DNA of 64,000 nucleotides from a virus: IMG/VR virus record IMGVR_UViG_3300028558_000001, positions 96,001-160,000 of that record; one strand, written 5' to 3'. Of the stretch, positions 1 through 8,911 are shown in pieces (the first letter of the stretch is position 1; each line of letters begins with the position of its first letter). The notes under the pieces are model-generated. The model had not been told where the DNA came from. It did no database searches and saw nothing but the letters and a program-made list of their open reading frames with translations. The position numbers were made by a program, and so were the translations under genes.

Positions 1-2
1 AT

Positions 3-293
3 GGCGCTCTCTATGAGACTGCTATGAACTGGACGAACATGTATCAGTGGCATGAAGACATTAACGTACATGCTAATGGATTTTATTCATTACTGTTACA
101 GGCAATCTCACAGGTACGTTCTGGGGATATGGCTACTCGTCTTAGAAGTCAGTCAGAAATGTCTAACATTATCTATGACTGGAATAACAGAAAATATCAG
201 TGGGAAGGTCTATTAAACAACCTTCTATCTACGGTAACTGATACGTCTCTAAATTATGATAATAAAGTAATAACATTTAACACAGGATCATAA
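3..293 (+). CDS. C-terminal part of a probable glycosyltransferase (5'-truncated by window edge)
   Basis: Frame open from position 3 (GALYETAMNWT...YDWNNRKYQWEGLL), resembling the C-terminus of GT-B enzymes of T4-like phages. Confidence 0.5.
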   Translation, partial: GALYETAMNWTNMYQWHEDINVHANGFYSLLLQAISQVRSGDMATRLRSQSEMSNIIYDWNNRKYQWEGLLNNLLSTVTDTSLNYDNKVITFNTGS

Positions 294-295
294 TT

Positions 296-709
296 TTGAG
301 TACAGTTTCAAATAATATTTTAAGTTTTCCAGTAAATGATAATCTTCCTTATACGCCTCCAAAGACGAGGGAACAAATTAGAGAGAACATTGATTTAATC
401 AGACAGATTCATGTTCAGGAAGCTCTTGAAATTGTTATGGAACTAATGTTTACCCATCTGCAATTAGCCGGGTTTAATATTGATGATGAGAATACTCCTT
501 CACAAAGAGAAGGCGCTTTCATCGCAGAATCCATTCGGTCAGTTCTCCTAAATATCTATGGGATTGATCATCCCTTCCAGAAGATTTGTGACAACATCTT
601 CGTTGAACGGAAAGATGGTTCTCTTGATATTGCTAAGGAAATTGCATTAGTTCTTAAGGAAGATAGTCCTGAACCTGAATTAGAATTAGAATTAGAAAAT
701 GAGGAATAA
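296..709 (+). CDS. hypothetical protein
   Basis: 137 aa ORF, TAATG coupling to rnh. Confidence 0.7.
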   Translation: MSTVSNNILSFPVNDNLPYTPPKTREQIRENIDLIRQIHVQEALEIVMELMFTHLQLAGFNIDDENTPSQREGAFIAESIRSVLLNIYGIDHPFQKICDNIFVERKDGSLDIAKEIALVLKEDSPEPELELELENEE

Positions 710-1572
710 TGATAATTATTGATATTAGTCAAACCATTATTAGTAATATAATGGTTTCTCCTGAAATGAAAGAATCAAAGAACCTAAATCTTGAAATGGT
801 TCGCAGTATGGTTCTAAAGACAATCAAATCATTCAATAATAAGTTTAAGAATGAGTATGGTAAGTTAGTTATTGCCGTCGATGCTGGTAATACATGGCGC
901 AGGGAATATTTTCCTTATTATAAAGTAAAGCGTCGTGAAGCACATGCAGAGTCAGTAATTGACTGGAAGAAAGTCTATGAAATTATCAGGATCATCAAGA
1001 ACGAATTGAAAGAAACCTTTCCTTATCCGGTGATTGAAGTTGAAGGAGCCGAAGCTGACGATGTTATTGCTTCTCTCTGTAAACATTTTGGTGAAGAAGG
1101 ATTTGGTGCTTCTGAAAAGATTTTGATCTTATCAAGAGACAAAGACTTTATCCAGCTACACAAGTATTCTAATGTGGATCAATTTGATCCTATTGGAGAC
1201 AAGTGGATTAGAAATATTGATCCAGAATTATATCTCAAAGAACATATCATCCGTGGTGATTCTGGAGATTCAATTCCAAACATCTTATCTGCTGATGATT
1301 GTTTTGCCTTAAAGATTAGGCAGAAGTCAATCATGACCAAGAAAGTTGATGTATGGCTAGGACAGGATTGGAAAGAATTCTGTGACGAAGATACATTGAA
1401 AAGAGTAGAAAGAAACACCACTCTTATTGATCTAACTAGAATTCCTCCAGCTATTGGGGTTAAGGTCATTGAAGAGTATTCCGCCCAACAAGGTAAACCC
1501 CGCAATAAGATTTTTAACTATATGATTAAGAATGGTTTAACAAGTCTTATGGATGACTTACAGGATTTTTAA
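709..1572 (+). CDS. rnh: T4-type RNase H (5'-3' exonuclease/flap endonuclease)
   Basis: IIIDIS, WRREYFPYYK, EADDVIA, SRDKDFIQL, GDSGDSIPN motifs. Confidence 0.95.
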   Translation: MIIIDISQTIISNIMVSPEMKESKNLNLEMVRSMVLKTIKSFNNKFKNEYGKLVIAVDAGNTWRREYFPYYKVKRREAHAESVIDWKKVYEIIRIIKNELKETFPYPVIEVEGAEADDVIASLCKHFGEEGFGASEKILILSRDKDFIQLHKYSNVDQFDPIGDKWIRNIDPELYLKEHIIRGDSGDSIPNILSADDCFALKIRQKSIMTKKVDVWLGQDWKEFCDEDTLKRVERNTTLIDLTRIPPAIGVKVIEEYSAQQGKPRNKIFNYMIKNGLTSLMDDLQDF

Positions 1573-1836
1573 ATGAATTTAGAAGAATTTTTAAAAAGAT
1601 ATACTGATGAAGTAGATACAGAAGATACTTTTAGATCACTGTTTCTTTCTGCTCAGTTAATGGAAGATTTAAAGGCAATTCAGGGTGTTGATGCTATTGA
1701 AGAGTTATATCAGATTATGAAGGTAGAGTTTACTGCTAAGGCTTCTTTAGAATTACTTACCGTAGATATGCTTGAATATATCTTAGAAAGAAAGAGAGAT
1801 AATGGTACAGAAGATAATCAACAGAACACTCAATAA
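1573..1836 (+). CDS. small protein carrying a gp23-like segment (DLKAIQGVDAIEEL)
   Basis: 17/37 aa identical to gp23 segment SIELAQDLKAIHGLDAETELANIIQGELLAEINRELV in this window. Confidence 0.75.
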   Translation: MNLEEFLKRYTDEVDTEDTFRSLFLSAQLMEDLKAIQGVDAIEELYQIMKVEFTAKASLELLTVDMLEYILERKRDNGTEDNQQNTQ

Positions 1837-2245
1837 TTTTTTTAATAGTGTTCAAGAAACCGAAATTGGTTCAGGAGTTAGATTTCCTATCAGAGCAACT
1901 ATTAAGTTGATTCTAGAAAATCAAGAATTGTTTTCTTTAAAGACAACAGCAGATGCACCAACATTTCTTTATAATGACCTTGCATATCTTGTTATGTCAA
2001 AGGCATTAAAAACTAAATTTGATTTATCTCAGACAATTGATGATAGGTTAATGAATCCAAAGCATTATGAAGATGATTATATAGATTTGGTAGTTAATGA
2101 GTTAGTATCCCTTATTAAAAGAGAAACAGAAGATGGTTCAATTTATATTATGTATGCACCAATCATTCTTGTGAAAGCTATTGATCCTGTTACCTATCAG
2201 CCTCAGATTGCATTTAAGACTAGATATGGTCTAGTAAAGAAGTGA
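1802..2245 (+). CDS. protein with a C-terminal gp23-like segment (DPVTYQPQIAFKTRYG)
   Basis: 18/28 aa identical to gp23 YVPLQMVRAVDPNTYQPKIGFKTRYGMV. Confidence 0.75.
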   Translation: MVQKIINRTLNNFFNSVQETEIGSGVRFPIRATIKLILENQELFSLKTTADAPTFLYNDLAYLVMSKALKTKFDLSQTIDDRLMNPKHYEDDYIDLVVNELVSLIKRETEDGSIYIMYAPIILVKAIDPVTYQPQIAFKTRYGLVKK

Positions 2246-2306
2246 TAACACAAGAAAGATTAAAAGAATTCGCTAATTTTTAATAAAAAAAGGAGTTACT
2301 ACCATT

Positions 2307-2765
2307 TTGCTATCAATTTCTGAAATTCTCGGCAAGTATGCCGAACTAAAGACCAAGGATGAAAAGATTGCTTGGTTACGTAAGAATGAATCATATGCTT
2401 TAAAGATGGTTCTCGTTGGTGCATATGATCCTAACGTTGTTTGGGATTTGCCAGAGGAAGACCCTAAGTATACTCCAAGTCCTTATCTAGATCAGGAGTC
2501 AATGCTCTATAAGGAAGCACGTAGATTTTATCTATTCACTCCTAATGGTAATCCAAACATTTCTAAGGAAAAGAAGATTTTACTTTTCACTCAGCTACTA
2601 GAAATGGTTACTCCGTCAGATGCTACTATGTTACTACATATGCGTGATAAGAAGTTACCATATGCTGGTCTAAATGCCAAGAGCATTAATGAGGCTTTCC
2701 CCGGTCTAATTCCAATGGTTGAATCATCTAAGGAAAAGAAGAAACTAGATTCTGAAACAACCTAA
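2307..2765 (+). CDS. conserved T4-like phage hypothetical protein
   Basis: ISEIL...WDLPE...LYKEARRFYLF...LLEM pattern typical of the gene found after rnh in environmental T4-like phages; AGGAG SD, TTG start. Confidence 0.7.
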   Translation: MLSISEILGKYAELKTKDEKIAWLRKNESYALKMVLVGAYDPNVVWDLPEEDPKYTPSPYLDQESMLYKEARRFYLFTPNGNPNISKEKKILLFTQLLEMVTPSDATMLLHMRDKKLPYAGLNAKSINEAFPGLIPMVESSKEKKKLDSETT

Positions 2766-2805
2766 TAAGATAAATATTAGGAGTTCAATTGAACGGAGTA
2801 AATTA

Positions 2806-3030
2806 TTGCCTACATATACTTTTTTGAATAAAGAGACTAATGAAGAATTTACTGACTTCATGAAGTGGAGTGATCTAGAACAATACTTATCAGACAATCC
2901 AAATTTACTATGTCTTCCATCTGCGCCTAGAATTGTTTCTGGGGTGGATACTAGACCTACAAATAATTTTAATGATCGTCTCAAAGATATTAAGAAATCA
3001 CATATGCATTCTACTGTTAAAACTTTCTGA
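2806..3030 (+). CDS. FmdB-like small protein (MPTYTF family)
   Basis: MPTYTF...GGAG SD; usual neighbour upstream of phoH. Confidence 0.65.
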   Translation: MPTYTFLNKETNEEFTDFMKWSDLEQYLSDNPNLLCLPSAPRIVSGVDTRPTNNFNDRLKDIKKSHMHSTVKTF

Positions 3031-3090
3031 TTGCATATTTTGTTGTCATTGAACTTAAATTCCCCAACAATACTAATAATAAAGGGTAAA

Positions 3091-3861
3091 ATGACCGATT
3101 TAGAAGAATCTGACCTTCCTCGTAGCAGGAAAGAACGTCGCCGCGCTCGTCGTGGAGGCAAAAGAAATCCCAATAATAACAATAATCAACCACAACCAAC
3201 TAAAGTTAATCTTGTATTAAAGACAGTTAATCCCTTAACTAAAAATCAAGATATTGCTTTTAAAGCCTATAGAGAAAAGCATTTATTACTTCATGGTTAT
3301 GCTGGTACAGGTAAAAGCTTCTTAGCTCTTTACTTTGCATTAAATGACGTATTAAATAATCAACTCTATGATAAAGTGATTATTATTAAATCGGCAGTTC
3401 AATCTAGAAATCAGGGTCATATGCCCGGAAATCAGGAACAAAAGCAAGCAGTCTTTGAGGCTCCATATCATTCCATTTGTTCAGATTTATTTGGACGCGG
3501 TGATGCATATGATGTTCTAAAGCAGAAGCGTATTGTTGAATTCACTACCACTTCATTCCTACGTGGTGAAACTCTTAATAATGCAGTAGTAATTCTAGAA
3601 GAAGTTCAGAATATGAACGATACTGAAATTAATACTTGTGTCACTAGATTAGGTGAAAATTCTAAGCTAATCATCAATGGTGACTTTAGACAGAATGATC
3701 TAGCTAATAGAAGAAATGAAGAATCAGGTATTGGTAAACTACTAGAAGTAGTAGATTATATGGGATGCTTCACCAAGATCGAAATGCAAATTGAAGATAT
3801 TGTTAGAAGTAAGTTAGTAAAAGACTGGATTGTTGCTCGTTCAAGAATTGGTCTAGTATAA
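3091..3861 (+). CDS. phoH: PhoH-family ATPase
   Basis: PLTKNQ, GYAGTGKSF Walker A, FLRGETLNNAVVILEEVQN, GDFRQND; ATG at 3091 preferred. Confidence 0.93.
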   Translation: MTDLEESDLPRSRKERRRARRGGKRNPNNNNNQPQPTKVNLVLKTVNPLTKNQDIAFKAYREKHLLLHGYAGTGKSFLALYFALNDVLNNQLYDKVIIIKSAVQSRNQGHMPGNQEQKQAVFEAPYHSICSDLFGRGDAYDVLKQKRIVEFTTTSFLRGETLNNAVVILEEVQNMNDTEINTCVTRLGENSKLIINGDFRQNDLANRRNEESGIGKLLEVVDYMGCFTKIEMQIEDIVRSKLVKDWIVARSRIGLV

Positions 3862-3862
3862 G

Positions 3863-4519
3863 GTGTTCAATCACTATTTGTTTCCGCGTACTGAAATCTC
3901 TGATCAGATAATAAATGATCAGAGATTTTATACAATACCGGATGGTCAAAAGTTCAAGTCAGTGACTACTCGTATTTCTGAATATTTAGAAAAGACTGGT
4001 GGACATGATTACCTTCATGCATGGCGAGAAGCCATTGGCGATGAAGAAGCCAATAAACAAATGGAGTTTGCCGCAGTACGCGGTTCAATTATTCATAACC
4101 TGTGCGAACAGTATGTTATGAATAATAAGTTTTGGAAGCGTGGAACTATGCCGTTCCACCTAGAAAGCTTCCTTCTACTTAAGAAAGAACTTGACAATCA
4201 CTTGACAATGGTTTATGGTATAGAATATCCGTTGTACTCTACTCGCCTAAAGACAGCCGGTAGGACTGATTTGATTGGTCAGTGGGATAAAGTGCCTTCA
4301 ATCATTGACTATAAAACGTCGAAAAAACTAAAAGAAGAAAAAAATATCTTAGGCTACTTTATTCAGAGCGCGTGTTATGCTATAATGCTCAATGAATTGA
4401 TCGGGACTAATATCAAGCAAGTTGTTATCCTTATAACAGTCGATCATGAACCAAACGCCCAAGTTTTTATTAAACCCGTTTCAGACTATAAGGATTTAGT
4501 CGAGGAAGTGTTTGGATAG
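3863..4519 (+). CDS. PD-(D/E)XK exonuclease
   Basis: SVTT, RGSIIHNLCE, AGRTDLI, IIDYKTS, YFIQSACY. Confidence 0.85.
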   Translation: MFNHYLFPRTEISDQIINDQRFYTIPDGQKFKSVTTRISEYLEKTGGHDYLHAWREAIGDEEANKQMEFAAVRGSIIHNLCEQYVMNNKFWKRGTMPFHLESFLLLKKELDNHLTMVYGIEYPLYSTRLKTAGRTDLIGQWDKVPSIIDYKTSKKLKEEKNILGYFIQSACYAIMLNELIGTNIKQVVILITVDHEPNAQVFIKPVSDYKDLVEEVFG

Positions 4520-4799
4520 GAATAAAATGTTACTTATATGGTACATGGCTTATATTGTATATTGGATTGGAAAATTCGAAACTAATTAATGGAGTTAATT
4601 ATGATTAAAACATTTGTGTATTCATTTCTAATGGTGATGGTATTATTAGTTACTATTTTTGGTTCATTTTTTGCATTTATTGGATTATGTGGTTTTGTAT
4701 TATCAATGCCGCTTTCACTTCTTGTTGGAACCATATTATCAGCAAGTTTTGATATTGCAGTAATTGTTACACTACTAGAACATTTAGAAGGATAAAATT

Positions 4800-5249
4800 A
4801 TGAGTGTTATTGAACGAATTCGAGCAGATCAATTAACTGCCCGAAAGGCAAAGGAATTACAAAAGGTTGCCATGCTTTCTACTCTACTTGGTGAAATCAC
4901 TAAGGTTGGTAAAGATAATGGAAATCGTGAAACAACTGAGGCAGAAGCAATTGCTGTAATTAAGAAGTTTGAAAAGAATGTTCTTGATACAATGTTGATT
5001 GTAGAAAAGACCAATCCTTCTAGGATCAAGGAATTTCTAGACGAAGCTTCCGTATATAATTCATATCTTCCACAACAATTATCAGATCAAGAACTAAATA
5101 AGATTATTGCTCTTTTCATTGTTGAGAATTCAACTATGGATATTGTTGTTCAAATGAAAGATATTATGGCTTTCTTGAAGAATGAATATGCTGGTCTTTA
5201 TGATGGTAAGTCAGCATCTACTATTGCAAATCAATTATTGAAAGGTTAA
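4800..5249 (+). CDS. GatB/YqeY domain protein
   Basis: ARKAKE...LLGEI...YLPQQLS...DGK. Confidence 0.85.
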   Translation: MSVIERIRADQLTARKAKELQKVAMLSTLLGEITKVGKDNGNRETTEAEAIAVIKKFEKNVLDTMLIVEKTNPSRIKEFLDEASVYNSYLPQQLSDQELNKIIALFIVENSTMDIVVQMKDIMAFLKNEYAGLYDGKSASTIANQLLKG

Positions 5250-5251
5250 AA

Positions 5252-5452
5252 ATGGATACTCAAAATGGTGGCTTAGGAGTACTAAGCGTATTAGGAATTA
5301 TTTTTATTGTACTTAAGTTGACTGGTGTTATTGCTTGGTCATGGTGGCTAGTTCTAGCTCCTATCTATATTCCTCTTGTTCTTTCTTTTATTGCTATTGG
5401 TTTGGGAATTTATGTAGTAACCCGAATTAAGAAGTATGGTAAGGACAGTTAA
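5252..5452 (+). CDS. small membrane protein (LKLTGVIAWSWWLVLAP family)
   Basis: two hydrophobic segments. Confidence 0.7.
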   Translation: MDTQNGGLGVLSVLGIIFIVLKLTGVIAWSWWLVLAPIYIPLVLSFIAIGLGIYVVTRIKKYGKDS

Positions 5453-5454
5453 TA

Positions 5455-6537
5455 TTGACAATAACAAGACAAGATTGTATCAGAGAAATACAAAATATTG
5501 TTAATGAATCTGGACTTGAGAATATTACTAGAGATTACTTTAGATTAAACGCAAGTATTTCAGAACGTGATTGGATTTCTCATTTCGGTAATTTCCCTGA
5601 GTTTAAAAGACAGGCTGGCCTAGTTCCTTCCCGTCATGCTCAGAAGATCATTACACAAACCGCTCGTCATGCATCAGTAGATACGCTTCGATCATTTAAT
5701 GTTGAGAAGTATGGATATGAAGGAAAGTATACTAGAGACTCATCTAAGGTTTACCAAACCGTTTTAGTTGCCTCTGATATTCATGATACCCATGCTGATC
5801 CTTTTTACATGCGAATGCTTATTGAAGCCGCTAAGCGAGTACAACCAGAACGTATTGTTCTGAATGGAGACATTTTTGATTTTCCAGAATTTTCAAAATA
5901 TACTGTTGATCCTAGAGAATACGATGTATTGGGCCGTATTAAATGTGTCCATTCATATCTAGAAGCTCTACGTGAAGCAGCACCAGATGCACAGATTGAC
6001 CTAAATTCAGGTAATCATGAACATCGTTTGCTAAAGCATCTTGCAGAAGCAACACCGGCATTGGTAAACCTTCTATCTGATCTACATGGATTTACTATCT
6101 CATCATTACTAGGATTAGATAAGTATGAGATTAATTTCATTTCCAAGGATGACTTATCTGTTTTCTCTGAAAAGGATATGAAGAATGAGTTGAAGAAGAA
6201 CTATGTTGTAATTAATAATCAACTTCTTTTCCATCATTTTCCAGAGGGACAGCAGTTAGGGATTCCCGGTAGTAACGGGCATAACCATAAATTCTTATCT
6301 ACTTCAAAATTTAATCCAGCATATGGTTCATATCATTGGATTCAAACAGGTTGTGGACATATTCGCCATGCAAATTATTGTGATGGAAATAAATGGAATA
6401 ATGGTTTCTTACTCTACCATATGAATACTGAAACTAAACGTTCTCAGCCTGAATATGTAGATTGTACAAATGACTTCTGTATGCTTGGTGGAGTATTATA
6501 CCAAAGAACAGATAGTGAAATGAATTATTACGTTTAA
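5455..6537 (+). CDS. calcineurin-like metallophosphoesterase with N-terminal homing-endonuclease-associated-repeat-like domain
   Basis: SDIH, NGDIFD, GNHE, HH, GHNH motifs; N-terminal HFGNFPEFKRQAGL. Confidence 0.8.
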   Translation: MTITRQDCIREIQNIVNESGLENITRDYFRLNASISERDWISHFGNFPEFKRQAGLVPSRHAQKIITQTARHASVDTLRSFNVEKYGYEGKYTRDSSKVYQTVLVASDIHDTHADPFYMRMLIEAAKRVQPERIVLNGDIFDFPEFSKYTVDPREYDVLGRIKCVHSYLEALREAAPDAQIDLNSGNHEHRLLKHLAEATPALVNLLSDLHGFTISSLLGLDKYEINFISKDDLSVFSEKDMKNELKKNYVVINNQLLFHHFPEGQQLGIPGSNGHNHKFLSTSKFNPAYGSYHWIQTGCGHIRHANYCDGNKWNNGFLLYHMNTETKRSQPEYVDCTNDFCMLGGVLYQRTDSEMNYYV

Positions 6538-6552
6538 GTAAAGGAAACTATA

Positions 6553-7116
6553 TTGTCTATTCCAGTTAATTATGGTAGTCTAACTGAAATCCAAATGCAG
6601 TTAGATGAACTTTCCTATATGGAAAATATTATCAAAGAAATGCCATCTGATGGTTTGATGGTAGAGTGGGGTTCTGGTGGATCGACAGTTCATTGGTTAA
6701 AGACCATGAAAGATGATCAAAGACTTATCAGCATTGAACATAATCCTACTTGGTATAAGAAGGTAGATGAAAATCTAACTGATCATTATGCAGAGGAAAA
6801 GAAGCGTCTAACGTATTATTATAAGAGAGAACAATATGGATTTGAGCATGGATATGCTTCTGTAATTGAAGAGCATCCATTTGGTACTGATCAATATTTA
6901 GTTCCTGATCTTGATATTATGAATGCTGACGTATTCTTTATTGATGGAATTGCCAGAGCAACCGTTGCTCTACTTGTTCTTGCCTTCTCTGCTAAGGAAG
7001 CTCCACCAATTTTCATTCATGATTATGTTGGCAGAGAAGCATGGTATCAATGGGCGGTCCAGTTCTACCCCAAGAAAGAAGTAGTCGGAAAGACATTGTT
7101 GAGACTATGGAAGTGA
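6553..7116 (+). CDS. class I SAM-dependent methyltransferase
   Basis: EWGSGGST, SIEHN, FFIDGIAR, IHDY. Confidence 0.75.
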   Translation: MSIPVNYGSLTEIQMQLDELSYMENIIKEMPSDGLMVEWGSGGSTVHWLKTMKDDQRLISIEHNPTWYKKVDENLTDHYAEEKKRLTYYYKREQYGFEHGYASVIEEHPFGTDQYLVPDLDIMNADVFFIDGIARATVALLVLAFSAKEAPPIFIHDYVGREAWYQWAVQFYPKKEVVGKTLLRLWK

Positions 7117-7122
7117 TGATAC

Positions 7123-7130
7123 TATAAATA
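7123..7130 (+). promoter_or_regulatory. T4 late promoter TATAAATA
   Basis: exact consensus 20 nt upstream of ORF 7151. Confidence 0.8.
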
Positions 7131-7150
7131 ATTATAAACGGAGTTTATAA

Positions 7151-7864
7151 TTGTTATCATTTAAGCGATTCATCCTAGAAAAGACCACACTTGAATATCA
7201 TGATGAACTAAACCCTTCATTGTGGTCAGGTTTTCGCTTAAAGAAAGCCGTTAGAAGTAAGTTACTTCAACTAGCCAGAGAATGGCAAACCTTCTCAAAA
7301 ATACCAGACAACATTGTAGTTGACATTATCTTTACTGGAGGTAATGCCAACTACAATTACACTCAAGTATCTGATATTGATGTTCACATTGTTATTGATA
7401 AAAATAATATGTTCCCTGACCGTGAATTTCTAGATGAATATCTAAAAGATAAAAAGTTATTATGGTCCCTCATGCGTCATAACCGAGTAAGAGGATACCA
7501 AGTAGAATTTTACGCTCAAGACCAAGACGATAACTTAGTAGCATCTGCCGTATACTCTTTGAGACATGATAAGTGGATCAAGAAACCAGTACATGGTAAG
7601 TATAACTTCGAAGACGAAGGACTAGAGAAGAAAGTACAAGAGTATCGCACACTAATTGATACTTTCATTGAAAAGGGGGTTGACGCGCAAGACTTTGAAG
7701 TGGTAAAATCTAAACTTAGAGAACTACGTGCCACTTCATTGACGACAGGAGACGAATACTCGGAAGGTAATCTTATTTTCAAATCATTACGAAATGAAGG
7801 TTATCTTGACAAAATCAATTCATATCTTAATTCTCTAAAAGACAGAGAACTAAGTTTAGATTAA
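7151..7864 (+). CDS. Pol-beta superfamily nucleotidyltransferase
   Basis: TGGNANYNY..SDIDVHI plus third acidic residue in VEFYAQD. Confidence 0.8.
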   Translation: MLSFKRFILEKTTLEYHDELNPSLWSGFRLKKAVRSKLLQLAREWQTFSKIPDNIVVDIIFTGGNANYNYTQVSDIDVHIVIDKNNMFPDREFLDEYLKDKKLLWSLMRHNRVRGYQVEFYAQDQDDNLVASAVYSLRHDKWIKKPVHGKYNFEDEGLEKKVQEYRTLIDTFIEKGVDAQDFEVVKSKLRELRATSLTTGDEYSEGNLIFKSLRNEGYLDKINSYLNSLKDRELSLD

Positions 7865-8043
7865 AAGGAATTTAATGTTCATAATTACCTATCTATTAAT
7901 AGGGGCTGCACTTGCCCTTTATTCACAACCCCAAGTTGAACGTCTCGCAACCGAAAATAACAAGCATGTGATCACGGCGCTTATCGTGGCTTTCTGGCTT
8001 CCAATGGTCATGCAAATAGTTATAATGAGGAGTAAAAAGGATA

Positions 8044-8307
8044 ATGATTGATATTGTAATTTATTCCAAGGATAATTGCACATATTGCGAACAGGCCAAG
8101 AATCTTCTAAAAATCAATGACTTAGAATTTCGGGAATTGAAATTAAATGAAGATTTTTCACGCGATGAGATTTTAGAACTATTTCCGACCGCCCGTACCT
8201 TTCCAATTATCGTGATTAATAACACGTACATTGGTGGATATTCACAGTTGACAACCGAAATGGAGCACGGTATAGATAATCTCGGTAAGACGGTGATTTT
8301 GGGCTGA
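8044..8307 (+). CDS. nrdC: glutaredoxin
   Basis: CTYC, TFPII, YIGGY. Confidence 0.9.
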   Translation: MIDIVIYSKDNCTYCEQAKNLLKINDLEFRELKLNEDFSRDEILELFPTARTFPIIVINNTYIGGYSQLTTEMEHGIDNLGKTVILG

Positions 8308-8395
8308 GTTAGCCCCTCCATCTTATCAATCACAATTATGTGAAATTATCTGTGGCCATAGAAAAACAAAATGTCCCACGGATGATAAAAATGGG

Positions 8396-8860
8396 ATGGT
8401 GGTTGTTATGATTAATACTATGAGTAAAAATGCCTATATTGCCAAGGATGCACATGTTTTTGGCAATGCAAAAGTGTTTGGTACATCTGTTATGAAAGAT
8501 AGTGCCGTTATTTCTGGCAATGTGAAACTATATGATGCTTGTCAAATTTACGATACTGCTCATATTTCAGGAGATATGAGAGTGGCGGGAACTGCCAAGA
8601 TTTATGGAAACACAAAACTATTTGGAGTTGGTCATATTCAAGGGGAAGCAGATATTTCCTCGTCAAATGATTGGCTTACTATGGTTTATGCCGGGAAGGT
8701 AATAACCATCTACAAGTCCCGCTGTGATACTGGCTTTGAAGTTAACCTTGATGGAGTCAATACTAATCTTGTTGAACTTTCCGTCTTGGTTTCTGATAAG
8801 GTGGCGCGATACCTTAACCAACTGGTTAAGGAGCGGAAGTGGGTCACTAAAAAGAAATGA
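8396..8860 (+). CDS. hexapeptide-repeat (left-handed beta-helix) protein
   Basis: DAHVFG NAKVFG-type repeats. Confidence 0.7.
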   Translation: MVVVMINTMSKNAYIAKDAHVFGNAKVFGTSVMKDSAVISGNVKLYDACQIYDTAHISGDMRVAGTAKIYGNTKLFGVGHIQGEADISSSNDWLTMVYAGKVITIYKSRCDTGFEVNLDGVNTNLVELSVLVSDKVARYLNQLVKERKWVTKKK

Positions 8861-8866
8861 ACCAGT

Positions 8867-8894
8867 GAAGGGGATAGAATGAACTATCCCCTTC
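8867..8894 (+). terminator. stem-loop GAAGGGGATAG/CTATCCCCTTC
   Basis: 11-bp perfect inverted repeat between genes. Confidence 0.55.
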
Positions 8895-8911
8895 TAAAGT
8901 AAGGATATATA

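Noticed and set aside
1802-2245. Calling this ORF the gp24 vertex protein
   Set aside because: 147 aa with similarity limited to about 28 residues, and located outside the head cluster
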